64,000 nt of DNA from contig JAYTOU010000023.1 of the NCBI GenBank assembly GCA_043747615.1, positions 166,697 through 230,696 on the forward strand. Direction: 5' to 3'. The notes beneath the pieces were generated by a model, which was given only the letters and a program-made list of their open reading frames with translations, had not been told where the DNA came from and made no database searches. Made by a program: the position numbers and the translations under genes. Each line of letters opens with the position of its first letter. The first letter of the stretch is position 1. Positions 41,233-51,519 of this stretch are shown here, piece by piece. Source of the DNA: Myxococcales bacterium. Lineage in GTDB: Bacteria; Myxococcota_A; Polyangia; Polyangiales; Polyangiaceae.

Positions 41233-41967
41233 CTAGCCCTTGTCCGAAACACCGGACGTCGGAGGTACGAAGTAGATGATCCGAAAGCACGATGGGCACT
41301 GGTCGAGGACCGGCTCGCGACGCAACCGATGAAAGAGCTGCGGCGGTAGCGACATGTTGCACGCTTTGCAGGTGCCGTCGGTCGTCTGCGCGATGCCGGT
41401 CCCCTTCTTGGCGCGAATGGTGTCGTAGCGACGGTAGAGCGCCGGAGGCAGCTTTTTCAGCACGAGCTCACGGGTGTGCTGGGAGGCGGCGCGCTGCTGC
41501 TCGACCTCACCGAGCTTGGAGTTGATGTCCCCCTCGCTCAGCCCGAGATCGTCGGCGATCTTCTTGGCCTCCGCTTCGGTGACTTCTATCTGCTGGCGCG
41601 CGCCGTCGGCGTCGGTCGTCAGCTTGCCCACTTCCTCTTCGCGATCGCGAACGAGCTTGCGGAGCTCCTCGAGCTCGCGCTGAGCCGCGTTCGACTCGCG
41701 TTCGTTGCGCGAACGATTCAGCTTCTCGCGCGAATGATCGAGCTGCTGCATCATGTTTCGCACATCGATCACGAGGTCGTTGCGGGTCTTGTCGAGGATA
41801 GCCACGCTCGCACGCTCGACCTTCAACTTCTCTTCGAGCTTGTGAAGGCTGCCCTTCTTTACGTTGAGCGCCGTGCGCTCCTGCGTGAGCTGCTCGTCGA
41901 GGATTTTGAGCTCCGCGTCGACAGCGGCGAGTTCTTCGAGTGAACGAATCTGCTCCGTGATGCTCAA
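41233..41967 (-). CDS. Coiled-coil C4 zinc-ribbon protein (DUF164/zf-RING_7)
   Basis: GGAG RBS; long coiled coil, C-term CKAC...CPSCFRII. Confidence 0.9.
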   Translation of the reverse strand: MSITEQIRSLEELAAVDAELKILDEQLTQERTALNVKKGSLHKLEEKLKVERASVAILDKTRNDLVIDVRNMMQQLDHSREKLNRSRNERESNAAQRELEELRKLVRDREEEVGKLTTDADGARQQIEVTEAEAKKIADDLGLSEGDINSKLGEVEQQRAASQHTRELVLKKLPPALYRRYDTIRAKKGTGIAQTTDGTCKACNMSLPPQLFHRLRREPVLDQCPSCFRIIYFVPPTSGVSDKG

Positions 41968-42033
41968 ACTGAGACTCCTAATTCGCTAAAAAGATCGGGA
42001 AAGGTTGAGGCGCGATTTGTAAGACGGAAGATG

Positions 42034-42107
42034 TGGGCCCACCTGGGTTCGAACCAGGAACAACCCGGTTATGAGCCGGGGGCTCTGACCGATTGAGCTA
42101 TAGGCCC
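42034..42107 (-). tRNA. tRNA-Ile2 (anticodon CAT, lysidine type); CCA not encoded
   Basis: GGGCCTATAGCTCAATCGGTCAGAGC-CCCGG-CTCATAA-CCGGG...GGTTCGAACCCAGGTGGGCCCA cloverleaf; acceptor stem resembles Ile2 more than Met (inference). Confidence 0.9.
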
Positions 42108-42151
42108 CGACGTTTGCCACGACGGGAAGGTAATCCAAGCGCCATTTCTAT

Positions 42152-43444
42152 TCAACGCCCGCAAAAAACGCGAACGATTTGCCTTTTTTCGTCGGTCGGC
42201 AGCGCAACGAGGAGGGACGAACCTTCGCGGTGGGTGTCTTTTGGGGGGATTGCCAGGAGGACGCGGCCCCCCTCGAGGGCGGGCTCGACGCTCGACAGCG
42301 AGGGCGAGCCGGGAGCCGCTTGGAGAGGGATGACGCGGGTGTGATCGGCAAGATCGACGTAGGCCAGCCAGGCGCTGCCGCCGTTCGCGAGGGACGCAGC
42401 GGGCACTCCCGTTCCAACCCCATTGCTGACCACCACCGCGGGAGGATCGGATTTGTCGCCATGAACGGAGATGCGTTCGAGCCTCGCGCCGTCGCCTTCT
42501 TTCGCCTCGCCCTCGTCGCGCGCAAAGACGTCGATGCCGTCAGCGGACGCGATGAGATCGAAGCTCGTGACGTGACCGCTTTGCGGCGTGAGACGCTGCA
42601 CATCCCCTATGCGCTTTCCGGTCGTGTCGACGGCGGCGAGCTCGAGCCATTCGTAGGCTCGATTTTCACCCGCACGTTCGATGCGCTCGCGGCCAGCCTC
42701 CGGGAGAGGCTCCGCACGCCTGGCGATCCACGCCACCCAGTAGCCACCGGGGCGGATTGCTACACGCGGACCTTCGGCGTCGCTTCCCTCTTTGGAGATG
42801 GCGGTGACCGCGCCTCCGCCGCTCGCACTCAGGGGCGCGACCTTCACGACCCCGACCCCGCCGGGAGCATCGTCATCCCACGCGAGGAGACCAGTGTCGT
42901 TGTTCGTTGCGACATCGAAGGCCTGCGAGTCATCGGTCGCGTCTGCGAACGATTGGATGGTCTCGGGTTTTCCGGCGAGCGCACGAAACAGCGTGATTTG
43001 GCGCTTCGGCGTGTGCTCGTAGGCAAGGGCGAAGGCTTGCGCACCGAGGAGGAGCGGTCGCGGCGGCGGGTCGTCACCGCGGACGGCCACGATGTCCGCG
43101 AAAGACACGCTCTTGAGATCGGCGGAGACGGAAGCGACGCTTGCCACGCGCCCCTTTGCGGCCCCCCGCACGATGCCCAGAGCGAATCCGCCGGGGGTCG
43201 CGATCGCTTCGCCGATCGAAAGCTCTCCGCTTCTTCCCGGCTCGGCGAGGGCGACGGTGTCACCTTCAGCGACGCAGCGAGAAGGTGCGATCTGCGGCGC
43301 AGCGTCGACGTCTTGACGGCTCGTCGGTTGAGCATCTTTGAGCTCGACCGATGGCTCGGTAGATTTCGAGCGGCAACCGACGCCCCACGAGCCCGACGCG
43401 ATGAGCGCCGACGCGAGAGCGACGTGTTCCGTGCGGACCGTCAT
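42152..43444 (-). CDS. Hypothetical lipoprotein (beta-rich)
   Basis: Lipobox GVGC; repeated hydrophobic-AW strands; overlaps upstream stop. Confidence 0.65.
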   Translation of the reverse strand: MTVRTEHVALASALIASGSWGVGCRSKSTEPSVELKDAQPTSRQDVDAAPQIAPSRCVAEGDTVALAEPGRSGELSIGEAIATPGGFALGIVRGAAKGRVASVASVSADLKSVSFADIVAVRGDDPPPRPLLLGAQAFALAYEHTPKRQITLFRALAGKPETIQSFADATDDSQAFDVATNNDTGLLAWDDDAPGGVGVVKVAPLSASGGGAVTAISKEGSDAEGPRVAIRPGGYWVAWIARRAEPLPEAGRERIERAGENRAYEWLELAAVDTTGKRIGDVQRLTPQSGHVTSFDLIASADGIDVFARDEGEAKEGDGARLERISVHGDKSDPPAVVVSNGVGTGVPAASLANGGSAWLAYVDLADHTRVIPLQAAPGSPSLSSVEPALEGGRVLLAIPPKDTHREGSSLLVALPTDEKRQIVRVFCGR

Positions 43445-45372
43445 GCTCGGACGATCCTCGCTTCCGCACCGACGGGCCCAGTAAAGCCGTCGATCACTTC
43501 GAGCGCGAGCTCGTATTTTTCGAGCGGCGGCATGATGTACGCGCCGGCAACTTTGTCGCGCACCGCCGCGAGCATCTCGCGCGCGATCGCTACGCCCTCC
43601 TTGCGGCCCGAAGCTCCGCTTCCTGCTTTGCGCATGCGCTCGCGAACGTGCTCGGGCACTTGCATTCCCGGCACTTCGTTGTGCAGGAACTCGGCGTTGC
43701 GGTAGCTCGCGAGCGGCAGAAGACCGACGAGAATTGGTAACCCGAGCGGCTCGACGTCGGCGAGGAAACGCAGGAGCACCTCCGGATCGTAGACCGGCTG
43801 GGTCATCACAAGCTCGGCGCCGGCAGCCTTCTTCAGCTTCAAGCGCGCGATCTCGCGCGGATAGTTGAGCGCCGCAGGCTCGGCGCCCGTGGCCAGGAGA
43901 AAGCTGGTCACGCCGCCGAGCGGCTTGCCGCCAGGATCGATGCCGTGATTCAAGCGCGTCGCCAGTTTGAGGATCCCAATGGAGTCGAGATCGTAGACCG
44001 GCGTCGCATCCGGGAAATCGCCCATCTTTGGCGGATCACCGGTGATGATCACGAGGTTGCGGATGCCGAGATCGTGCGCGCCAAGCAGGTGAGCCAGCGT
44101 GCCGAGCAAGTTTCGATCGCGCCCGCAGACGTGGAGGATCGTCTCCATCCCGACCTCCGCTTGCACCCGCGCGGCCATCGCCAAGTTGCCCATCCGCGAC
44201 TGAGCGCGCGCACCATCGGCAATGTTGATCACGTCGATGCCGCCCGCCTTCAGCATCTTCGCCGCAGCGATGGCCCGCGTCGGATCCAGCCCGATAGGAG
44301 GATTTACTTCCACCGAAACCACGAAGTGTTTGCCAAGCTTCGCGGCCAGTTTGCTCTTCTGGGCGATCGGCGTTGGAGGCGCGCTGCCCTGCAGTTTGAT
44401 GACGCCGAGGCTGTCGCTCGTGTCGCGCACGCCAACCTCTGGAGCGGGATCCTCGGGGACCTCGCGCGACGCGTGGGCCATGCGGGCCGACGCCGCGATG
44501 CGTTTGACGTGGTCCGGCGTCGTTCCGCAGCAGCCGCCGACCAGGCGCACGCCGAGCTTGAACATACGACGCGCATAGACTCCGAAGTACTCGGGCGTCG
44601 ACACGTAGACCAAGCGCTCGTCGATCCGATGGGGAAGGCCGGCGTTCGGCATCGCGCACACGGGCAGACCGAGGTCGAGCATCTCTTCGACCGCGGCGAG
44701 CACGTGCATCGGACCGTCGGAGCAGTTCACGCCGATCACCGACGCGCCCGCATCAGCCATTTTTTTGCCGATTTCGCGCGCGCTGGTTCCATCGGCCATG
44801 CGCCCGTGCTCATCGAGCGAGGCGGCGGCGATCACGGGGATCCGCCCCTTCGCGGCTTCGCACGCGGCTTCGATGGCCACGCGGAGCTCGCTCGTCTGAC
44901 GCATCGTCTCCACGATGAGGCAGTCCACCTCTCCCTCCACCAAGGCTTCGGCTTGCTCGAGGAGCGCCCCCTTTACCTTCGCGAGATCCTCGACGCTCGC
45001 ATCTCCCAGAAAATAGCCGCTTGGACCAATGGCGCCCGCGACGTACGCGTGGCCCCCCGCAGCCGCCTTCGCCAAGCGTGCTCCCGCAAGATTGATCTCG
45101 CGGACGCGCGATGTGAAGCCGTGCTTGTCGAGACGCAACGCATTCGCACCGAACGTGTTGGTCTCGATCAGTTGGGCGCCGGCGCGGACGTAGTCCTCGT
45201 GCACGCGCGAGATCGACTCGGGACGCGACACGTTCAGTTCCTCGAAGCAGGTGCTGTAGAGAATGCCTCGCTCGTAAAGCTGGGTTCCCATCGCGCCATC
45301 GACGACGAGCACGTCGCTCTGGAGGGCCTCGAGGAATGATCGATTTTTTGGGTTCGAGGCTCTTGAGCTCAT
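43441..45372 (-). CDS. Bifunctional homocysteine S-methyltransferase / methylenetetrahydrofolate reductase (YitJ-like)
   Basis: DGAMGT, ETNTFGAN, GVNC, GGCCGTTP; then RDRNL, ITGDP, TQPVYD. Confidence 0.93.
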   Translation of the reverse strand: MSSRASNPKNRSFLEALQSDVLVVDGAMGTQLYERGILYSTCFEELNVSRPESISRVHEDYVRAGAQLIETNTFGANALRLDKHGFTSRVREINLAGARLAKAAAGGHAYVAGAIGPSGYFLGDASVEDLAKVKGALLEQAEALVEGEVDCLIVETMRQTSELRVAIEAACEAAKGRIPVIAAASLDEHGRMADGTSAREIGKKMADAGASVIGVNCSDGPMHVLAAVEEMLDLGLPVCAMPNAGLPHRIDERLVYVSTPEYFGVYARRMFKLGVRLVGGCCGTTPDHVKRIAASARMAHASREVPEDPAPEVGVRDTSDSLGVIKLQGSAPPTPIAQKSKLAAKLGKHFVVSVEVNPPIGLDPTRAIAAAKMLKAGGIDVINIADGARAQSRMGNLAMAARVQAEVGMETILHVCGRDRNLLGTLAHLLGAHDLGIRNLVIITGDPPKMGDFPDATPVYDLDSIGILKLATRLNHGIDPGGKPLGGVTSFLLATGAEPAALNYPREIARLKLKKAAGAELVMTQPVYDPEVLLRFLADVEPLGLPILVGLLPLASYRNAEFLHNEVPGMQVPEHVRERMRKAGSGASGRKEGVAIAREMLAAVRDKVAGAYIMPPLEKYELALEVIDGFTGPVGAEARIVRA

Positions 45373-45434
45373 GGGCGACGCGTTTGCATCTAGGCCTTTT
45401 GATGCCCTGTCGCAAGTCGGCGTATACTCGCGTC

Positions 45435-46979
45435 ATGAGTCGATGGCCCGCGCGTGTCCTCTTCATCGCGTTCGTCGCGGCCTGCGCGAAGGGCTCCGAC
45501 GATCACCCGCCGGCTGCACCGAGCACCGGTCCGATCCGCGGCACCGACCAGGAGACGCTCGTTCCAGCGCGCCCCCGCGGCGCCAACGCCGACAAGCGGA
45601 AGCCGAGTGACGCGACGAACCTTCAAGCAATGCTCTCCGAGGGATGGGGAAATTTTTCGCGTGGCCCCGGAGAAGCTCCGGTCGTCCGCCTGCCCAACGC
45701 GTCCGCCTCGCCGCCGCCTCCCGGAGCCCACCGGGTGCGCTTGGCTCGCTTCGTTCACCTGGCTGATTTCCAGCTTGCGGACGACAAATCTCCGGCGCGC
45801 GTCGTCGCCCTGGATACACCGGTTGCCGTGGACGGAAGCTTCCGTCCTCAGGAATCGATGGGCTGCCGTGTCATCGACGCCGTCGCGCGCACCATCAACC
45901 GCATCCACGAATCGGGTCCCCTCGACCTCGTGCTTCTCGGCGGCGACAACGTCGACAACGCGCAAGGCAACGAGCTCACGTGGCTCTTCGGCGTGCTCGA
46001 TGGCGGCGCCACGCTCGCGTGCGATTCGGGCGCAAAAGACGACCCCGTCCCCGGCCCCGACAACGACGGTAAAGATCCCTTCGTTCCGGAGGGACTTGCG
46101 CCACCGTGGTACTGGGTCACCGGCAACCACGACGTTCTGTCGCAGGGAAATTTCGAGGTAACGGCAACGCGCAGAATGGAGGCCGTGTCGGACACGTCGA
46201 CCGGCGGGACGCGCGTCTACTCGAAGGCCGGGGCAAGCGTGGTTCAGGGAACGGTCGTCCCTGATCCAGCTCGCACGATGATGTACCGATCAGAGCTCAT
46301 GGCGCGGATCGCCGCAGACACCGGACGAGCGGGACCGCGCGGGCACGGCCTCGGCGCGTACGCCGAACAGCACAAGAAGGCTTTTTACACGGTGGATCTG
46401 CCGGGATCGCCGGTACGATTCCTCGTGCTCGACACGTCCGCAGAGACCGGCGGGGCCGACGGCGTCCTGCATCGCGCCGACGTCGATGCCTTCGTGGCTC
46501 CGGAGCTCGCGCGTGCGGTCACCGAGCAAAAATATGTCGTGCTCGCGTCGCATCACGCCATCGATCGCTTGACCGATGGCTCGGGTGTCGCAGGCACCGG
46601 CACGCTCCAGCCCGACGCGATCCTCCCCGAGGAGTGGGAAAAGACCCTCGGTGCGAACCACAACGTGATCCTCGACCTCGTCGGTCACGCTCACGACCAC
46701 CGCATCAGACGATTGGGTCAGGCACCGGGGGGCTTCTGGGAAGTGCAGACGGACGCCATCGCCGACTATCCGCACCAACTTCGGTTGGTCGAGATCTGGG
46801 ACGAGGACAACACGTGGCTGTCGATCCGCTCGGTCGTCGTCGACTACTCGACCGAGGGCAACCGCGTTGCCGCGTCGGGGCGCGAGCTCGGCATCCTCGA
46901 CTACACCATCGGATGGTCGTGCTGCGGGCCTGGAACTGCCGCCGATCGCAACGTCATCCTCTGGCAGAAGAAGCCGTAG
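45435..46979 (+). CDS. Exported calcineurin-like metallophosphoesterase (lipoprotein)
   Basis: Lipobox VAAC; HLAD, GGDNVDN, GNHD, SHH, GHAH. Confidence 0.8.
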   Translation: MSRWPARVLFIAFVAACAKGSDDHPPAAPSTGPIRGTDQETLVPARPRGANADKRKPSDATNLQAMLSEGWGNFSRGPGEAPVVRLPNASASPPPPGAHRVRLARFVHLADFQLADDKSPARVVALDTPVAVDGSFRPQESMGCRVIDAVARTINRIHESGPLDLVLLGGDNVDNAQGNELTWLFGVLDGGATLACDSGAKDDPVPGPDNDGKDPFVPEGLAPPWYWVTGNHDVLSQGNFEVTATRRMEAVSDTSTGGTRVYSKAGASVVQGTVVPDPARTMMYRSELMARIAADTGRAGPRGHGLGAYAEQHKKAFYTVDLPGSPVRFLVLDTSAETGGADGVLHRADVDAFVAPELARAVTEQKYVVLASHHAIDRLTDGSGVAGTGTLQPDAILPEEWEKTLGANHNVILDLVGHAHDHRIRRLGQAPGGFWEVQTDAIADYPHQLRLVEIWDEDNTWLSIRSVVVDYSTEGNRVAASGRELGILDYTIGWSCCGPGTAADRNVILWQKKP

Positions 46980-46984
46980 GGCCG

Positions 46985-48553
46985 ATGCTCGAGCTTCATG
47001 ACGATTTGGTGAAGGCGCTGCCCGCGCTGCGCGTCAGTCGTGATCCCGCCGATCGCGTCGCGTATGCACGTGATCTGTGGCCGAGGCATCACCTCGCCGT
47101 GCGAGCTGGGAACGTCGCCGAGCACAAGCCCGGGGTCATCGTTTGGCCGACCTCGACGTCCGAGGTGCAAGAGCTCGTGAAGTGGGCGCATGCAACGTCG
47201 ACGGCGCTCGTTCCTTTCGGTGCCGGCAGCGGCGTGTGCGCGGGGATCTTGCCGCGTGAGGACGTGGTCATCGTCGATCTGAAGCGGATGTCGCGCTGGC
47301 GCGATTTCGATGTGAGCGCACCGTCTCTCGACGTGGAGGCAGGCGCCATGGGGATGCCGCTCGAAGAGGAGCTCGTGCGGCGCGGCTTCACCCTCGGGCA
47401 CTTTCCATCGTCGATCCTGTGCAGCACCGTGGGCGGCTGGGTGGCAGCGCGAAGCGCAGGGCAAAGCTCGGGGTACTACGGAAAAATGGAAGACATGGTG
47501 GCCGAGCTCGAGCTCGTCACCGGCACCGGCGAAGTGGTCACCCTGAAGCGGCGCGCGTCGGGGCCCGATCTGATTCCTCTCGTAGTCGGCAGTGAAGGGA
47601 CCCTCGGCATCATCACGTCGGCGCGACTGCGTCTTCATCCTGCACCCACCGCACGCGGGTTCGCCTCGTGGTCCTTTCCCACCACCGAGCAAGGCTGGGA
47701 TGCCATGCGCGTGTTGTTCCAGGCAGGTCTCCGCCCCGCTGTGTGCCGTCTCTACGATCCGTTCGACGCTATGATCGCCCGCAAAGGCGCAGTGAAGCGC
47801 GGGCAGAAGCACGGGGGCTCGCCGGGCGTGGGGGCAGCCGCGCTTCGATCGCTTCTGCGGAGGCCAGCGGCGTTCAACGAGCTCCTCGCCACGAGCCTGG
47901 GCAACCGCGCTCTCGGCGGCGCAATGATCGTCGCCATCTTCGAAGGCCACGGCGACGGACCGAGCCGCGATGCCGACGAAGCGCAGCGCCTACTCGAGAG
48001 GCTTCATGGCACCAACGAAGGCGAAGGACCTGCGCGCCGGTGGCTGCAACATCGCTACTCAATCAGCTACCGCCAAGCGCCGAGCATCGCTGCGGGCCTC
48101 TTCATCGACACCATGGAGGTCGCTGCCACGTGGTCGCGTCTCGGCGCGCTCTACGACGGCGTGCGCAAAGCGCTCGGCGAGAGCGTCTTCGTGATGGCGC
48201 ATTTGAGCCACGCCTACCCCGACGGTTGCTGCATCTATTTTTCGTTCGCGGGGAGCGCAGCGCCCGGCGCAAAGCACGGCGAGTGGGACGCGTCGAGCGA
48301 AGCGGTCTACGACGGCACCTGGAAACGCGCTCTCGCCGCGGCCGTCGCTGCCGGTGGCACGCTCGCTCATCATCACGGAGTCGGCCGATCGAAGGCGCCG
48401 CGTTTGGTCGACGAGCTCGGCGCGGGGGTCGAGGTGGTGCGCGCCCTCAAGCGAGCCTTCGATCCGAAGGGGATCCTCAATCCCGGAAATCTCATTCCGC
48501 CGATCAGCCCCAATCCGTTCGTCGACGACGCTTACCAGCGACCGCACGCGTGA
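46985..48553 (+). CDS. FAD-linked oxidoreductase, alkyl-dihydroxyacetonephosphate synthase (AGPS)-like
   Basis: PFGAGSGV, GHFPSS..STVGGWVA.RSAGQ.S..YG, GSEGTLG, HLSHAY, HHHGVG. Confidence 0.82.
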   Translation: MLELHDDLVKALPALRVSRDPADRVAYARDLWPRHHLAVRAGNVAEHKPGVIVWPTSTSEVQELVKWAHATSTALVPFGAGSGVCAGILPREDVVIVDLKRMSRWRDFDVSAPSLDVEAGAMGMPLEEELVRRGFTLGHFPSSILCSTVGGWVAARSAGQSSGYYGKMEDMVAELELVTGTGEVVTLKRRASGPDLIPLVVGSEGTLGIITSARLRLHPAPTARGFASWSFPTTEQGWDAMRVLFQAGLRPAVCRLYDPFDAMIARKGAVKRGQKHGGSPGVGAAALRSLLRRPAAFNELLATSLGNRALGGAMIVAIFEGHGDGPSRDADEAQRLLERLHGTNEGEGPARRWLQHRYSISYRQAPSIAAGLFIDTMEVAATWSRLGALYDGVRKALGESVFVMAHLSHAYPDGCCIYFSFAGSAAPGAKHGEWDASSEAVYDGTWKRALAAAVAAGGTLAHHHGVGRSKAPRLVDELGAGVEVVRALKRAFDPKGILNPGNLIPPISPNPFVDDAYQRPHA

Positions 48554-49020
48554 TGAACATCGATCGCCAAAGCTTGCTGGCCGAGATCGCGGGCACGACG
48601 CTGCTCGGGGACGCAGAAGGCGCGCTGCGGTGCGAAGGGCTGACCCTCAGCATCGAATCACTCGCCGATCACGGGGGACTGACGATCGACGCTTGGCTCG
48701 CCGAAGGAGCGCCGGGTGCGCCTGATCCTTGGCGTGATCCCGCCGACCACCTGGTCGCTGGACTGGACGCGACGCTCACGAACGGAGAGGCGCTCTCGGT
48801 GCGGCCTGCACCGCGCCGCGCTGTGGGGCCCGATCTCGTCGCGCTCGTGATCGGAATGCGAGGCCGCTTCGCCACGGTGACGTCCGCGTGGCTCCGAGTT
48901 CATCCCGTTGGTGCACGCAGGCCGGCGACCGCGTCCTTCATCCATCCGCGAAATCCGCCGCTGGCCGAGGGGGAGACCGCGCTCATCGAGGCGATCGCCC
49001 GCGAGCTCACACGTCGCTGA
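48553..49020 (+). CDS. Short FAD-binding-domain-like protein (truncated AGPS/GlcD paralogue)
   Basis: TGATG coupling; RRAVGPDLVALVIGMRGRFATVTSAWLR parallels RRASGPDLIPLVVGSEGTLGIITSARLR upstream. Confidence 0.65.
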   Translation: MNIDRQSLLAEIAGTTLLGDAEGALRCEGLTLSIESLADHGGLTIDAWLAEGAPGAPDPWRDPADHLVAGLDATLTNGEALSVRPAPRRAVGPDLVALVIGMRGRFATVTSAWLRVHPVGARRPATASFIHPRNPPLAEGETALIEAIARELTRR

Positions 49021-49362
49021 TCAGCCGGGCGGCCAGGCGAGAGTTCGCCCGCCGAGCACATGCACGTGAATGTGAAACACGCTCTGCCCTGCGTTGAGCC
49101 CGGTGTTGATGACCAACCGATAGCCGCCCTCGGCGAGCCCCTCTTTCTCGGCAACATCGCGCGCGGTCATGATCAAGTGCCCGAGGAGCGCGGCATCCGC
49201 AGGCATGGCGTCGTGCACGCTCGCGATGTGCTTTCGCGGGATCACCAAAAAATGTGTGGGCGCCGCCGGGTGGATGTCGCGGAAGGCGACGGCCTCGTCC
49301 GATTCGAAGATGATCGCCGCCGGAATCTCCTTCGCCACGACCTTGCAGAAGAGACAGCTCAT
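49021..49362 (-). CDS. hinT: Histidine triad (HIT/Hint) protein
   Basis: CLFCK, AFRDIHP.AP.H, GQSVFHIHVHVLGGR. Confidence 0.93.
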   Translation of the reverse strand: MSCLFCKVVAKEIPAAIIFESDEAVAFRDIHPAAPTHFLVIPRKHIASVHDAMPADAALLGHLIMTARDVAEKEGLAEGGYRLVINTGLNAGQSVFHIHVHVLGGRTLAWPPG

Positions 49363-49784
49363 TGACTGAGGATAGCATTCCCGTCGGCATCGCTCAGCTG
49401 GAGCCCGAGCGCGAGACGCTTCAAGGCCGCTTCGATGAGCGCGCGATCCCTCTCCGTGGCGTGGAGCGCCAGGCAGCCGCCGCGACCGGACAGGTACGCG
49501 ACGCACGCCGCCTCGAGCTCACTCAGCTCGATTCTCCGCTCCATGCGCATCCGTTCGATCCGGTAACGGAGGATGCTCCCGCTCTCGGCCCTGGCGAGCT
49601 CGATTTGGGCCTCGCCCGCCGTGCCTACGAGATGCCGCACCACACCGCGTAGAATGGCTGCGCGCGCTTTCGCGTCCTTCACGTGGGGTTCGTTGTAGAG
49701 CGCAAACATCCGGTTGCGCGAATAGAGACCGGGAACGACGGTCATCGCCACGAGCAAGGCATCGCGGTCGATCGCGCTCCTCAA
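49359..49784 (-). CDS. Hypothetical protein
   Basis: Overlaps prfA stop and HIT start by 4 bp each. Confidence 0.7.
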   Translation of the reverse strand: MRSAIDRDALLVAMTVVPGLYSRNRMFALYNEPHVKDAKARAAILRGVVRHLVGTAGEAQIELARAESGSILRYRIERMRMERRIELSELEAACVAYLSGRGGCLALHATERDRALIEAALKRLALGLQLSDADGNAILSQ

Positions 49785-50890
49785 GCTTCGTCCTCGTCGT
49801 CACTGTTGTGGCGCCGCACGGGCTGACCGCTTTCCAGCTGCAGGAGCGCAGCTTGACGTTCGCTGCGGAGCGAGGTGATGAGCTCGGTGAGATCGCCCGC
49901 GATGATGCGGTCGAGCTTGTTCAGCGTGAGCCGAATGCGGTGATCGCTGACCCGGTTCTGCGGATAGTTGTAGGTTCGGATCTTCGAGCTCCGCTCGCCG
50001 GTGCCGACCATACCGCGGCGTTCGGCGGAGACGGCGGCGTCCTGCTTCTCGCGTTCGAGATCGAGGAGCCTGCTCCGAAGCACCTTGAGGGCTTTTGCCT
50101 TGTTTTTGAGCTGCGATCGCTCGTCTTGGCATTTGACGATGAGTCCGCTCGGCTTGTGGAGAAGCTGGACCGCGCTATTGGTGGTGTTCACGCCCTGCCC
50201 GCCCGGTCCACCGCTCGCGGCGATCGAGATCTCGAGATCCTTGTCCTCGATCTGGACGTCGACTTCTTCGGCTTCGGGGAGGACGGCCACCGTGGCGGTC
50301 GACGTGTGGATGCGCCCCTGGGTCTCCGTCGCAGGAACGCGCTGGACGCGGTGCACTCCGCCTTCGAAGCGAAGCTGCGAGTAGACGTCCTTTCCGGTGA
50401 CGAGCGCGATGCACTCCTTGTAGCCACCCGTCGCGCTCTCGCTCTGGCTGAGGATTTCGATCTTCCAACCCTGGGTCTCGGCGTAGCGCGAATACATGCG
50501 AAAGAGATCCGCCGCGAAGAGCGCCGCCTCCTCGCCCCCTTCCCCGCTGCGGATTTCGAGGATGGTGTTCTTCTTGTCGTTGGGATCGGTCGGCAAAAGG
50601 AGAAGCTGAATGCTCTGCTCGAGCGCATTTTTTTCGGCCTGCAGCTCGGGGAGCTCGAGCTGGGCGAGCTCGCGCAGGTCCGGATCTCGGAGCGACTCTT
50701 CGTGGCCGCTGATGGTGTGCCCGAGAGCTTGGTAGCGCTTGAATTGGCCGATCAACGACTCGAGCTCTCCGCGCTCCTTGTTCAACTTGGAGAGCTGATG
50801 GCGGTCCGCGAGGACCTGTGGCCGGCACATTAAATCATCCAGCTCGACGTAGCGTCGTGACAGCTGTTCGAGCTTTTCGATCGGGAGCAT
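49781..50890 (-). CDS. prfA: Peptide chain release factor 1
   Basis: GVHRVQRVPAT (PAT), GPGGQ, ERSQLKN, IRTYNYPQNR. Confidence 0.97.
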   Translation of the reverse strand: MLPIEKLEQLSRRYVELDDLMCRPQVLADRHQLSKLNKERGELESLIGQFKRYQALGHTISGHEESLRDPDLRELAQLELPELQAEKNALEQSIQLLLLPTDPNDKKNTILEIRSGEGGEEAALFAADLFRMYSRYAETQGWKIEILSQSESATGGYKECIALVTGKDVYSQLRFEGGVHRVQRVPATETQGRIHTSTATVAVLPEAEEVDVQIEDKDLEISIAASGGPGGQGVNTTNSAVQLLHKPSGLIVKCQDERSQLKNKAKALKVLRSRLLDLEREKQDAAVSAERRGMVGTGERSSKIRTYNYPQNRVSDHRIRLTLNKLDRIIAGDLTELITSLRSERQAALLQLESGQPVRRHNSDDEDEA

Positions 50891-51018
50891 CGGGAGACGT
50901 TCCTCTTAGCATAAGAGGGATTTCGCCGGACGTGTCGCCGACGTGAAACCACACCCGGCCTATCAAATTAGATCGATGTGCTGGCCACTCCGTCCCCGAA
51001 GCGCTAGAAAATCTGGGC

Positions 51019-51519
51019 GTGCGGCGTTGTCTGATCCCGTCCCTTTTGACTTGCATCGCGTTTGCGTGCGGATACCCCACGTACGTAGGCGAGGACGGCG
51101 GCGACCCGTTCTACGGCAACCGCACGCAGGGTGACGAAGGCGGGAGCGATTCGGGGGACGCCACCACCACCACCGACGCCGGAGCGGACACCTGCGTTTC
51201 CGACGCCGGCACGCAGCCGGACTTCACGCCTGACAAGCCGTGCGTCGTGGCGCTGAGCTGCGCGGCCCTCATTCACCACGTCGACTGCTGTGACAACAGC
51301 GTCGTCGTCGGGGTCGCGAGCAGCAAGCTCACGGAGGCCCAGGCACTCGAGGCCACATGGCGCGCGACCCTCGCCCAAAGCTGCAAGTCGTGCGCAGCCT
51401 GCACCGCGGGGCCGACGGTCACCGAAGATGGCGATGCAGGCCGGCTGCCCGACGCAGGAGTCCAGCTGGTGTGCGTCGGCACGCCGCCAAACGGGCTCTG
51501 CCAAACGAAGCGGCCGTAG
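51019..51519 (+). CDS. Cys-rich lipoprotein
   Basis: Lipobox AFAC; DAG/DGG linker; multiple Cys. Confidence 0.65.
   Translation: MRRCLIPSLLTCIAFACGYPTYVGEDGGDPFYGNRTQGDEGGSDSGDATTTTDAGADTCVSDAGTQPDFTPDKPCVVALSCAALIHHVDCCDNSVVVGVASSKLTEAQALEATWRATLAQSCKSCAACTAGPTVTEDGDAGRLPDAGVQLVCVGTPPNGLCQTKRP

Noticed and set aside
42034..42107. tRNA as a genomic-island attachment site
   Set aside because: No duplicated tRNA 3' end or integrase noticed; flanking genes look native
51019..51519. Cys-rich ORFs as RiPP precursors or c-type cytochromes
   Set aside because: They carry lipoboxes, lack CxxCH motifs and have no adjacent modifying enzymes
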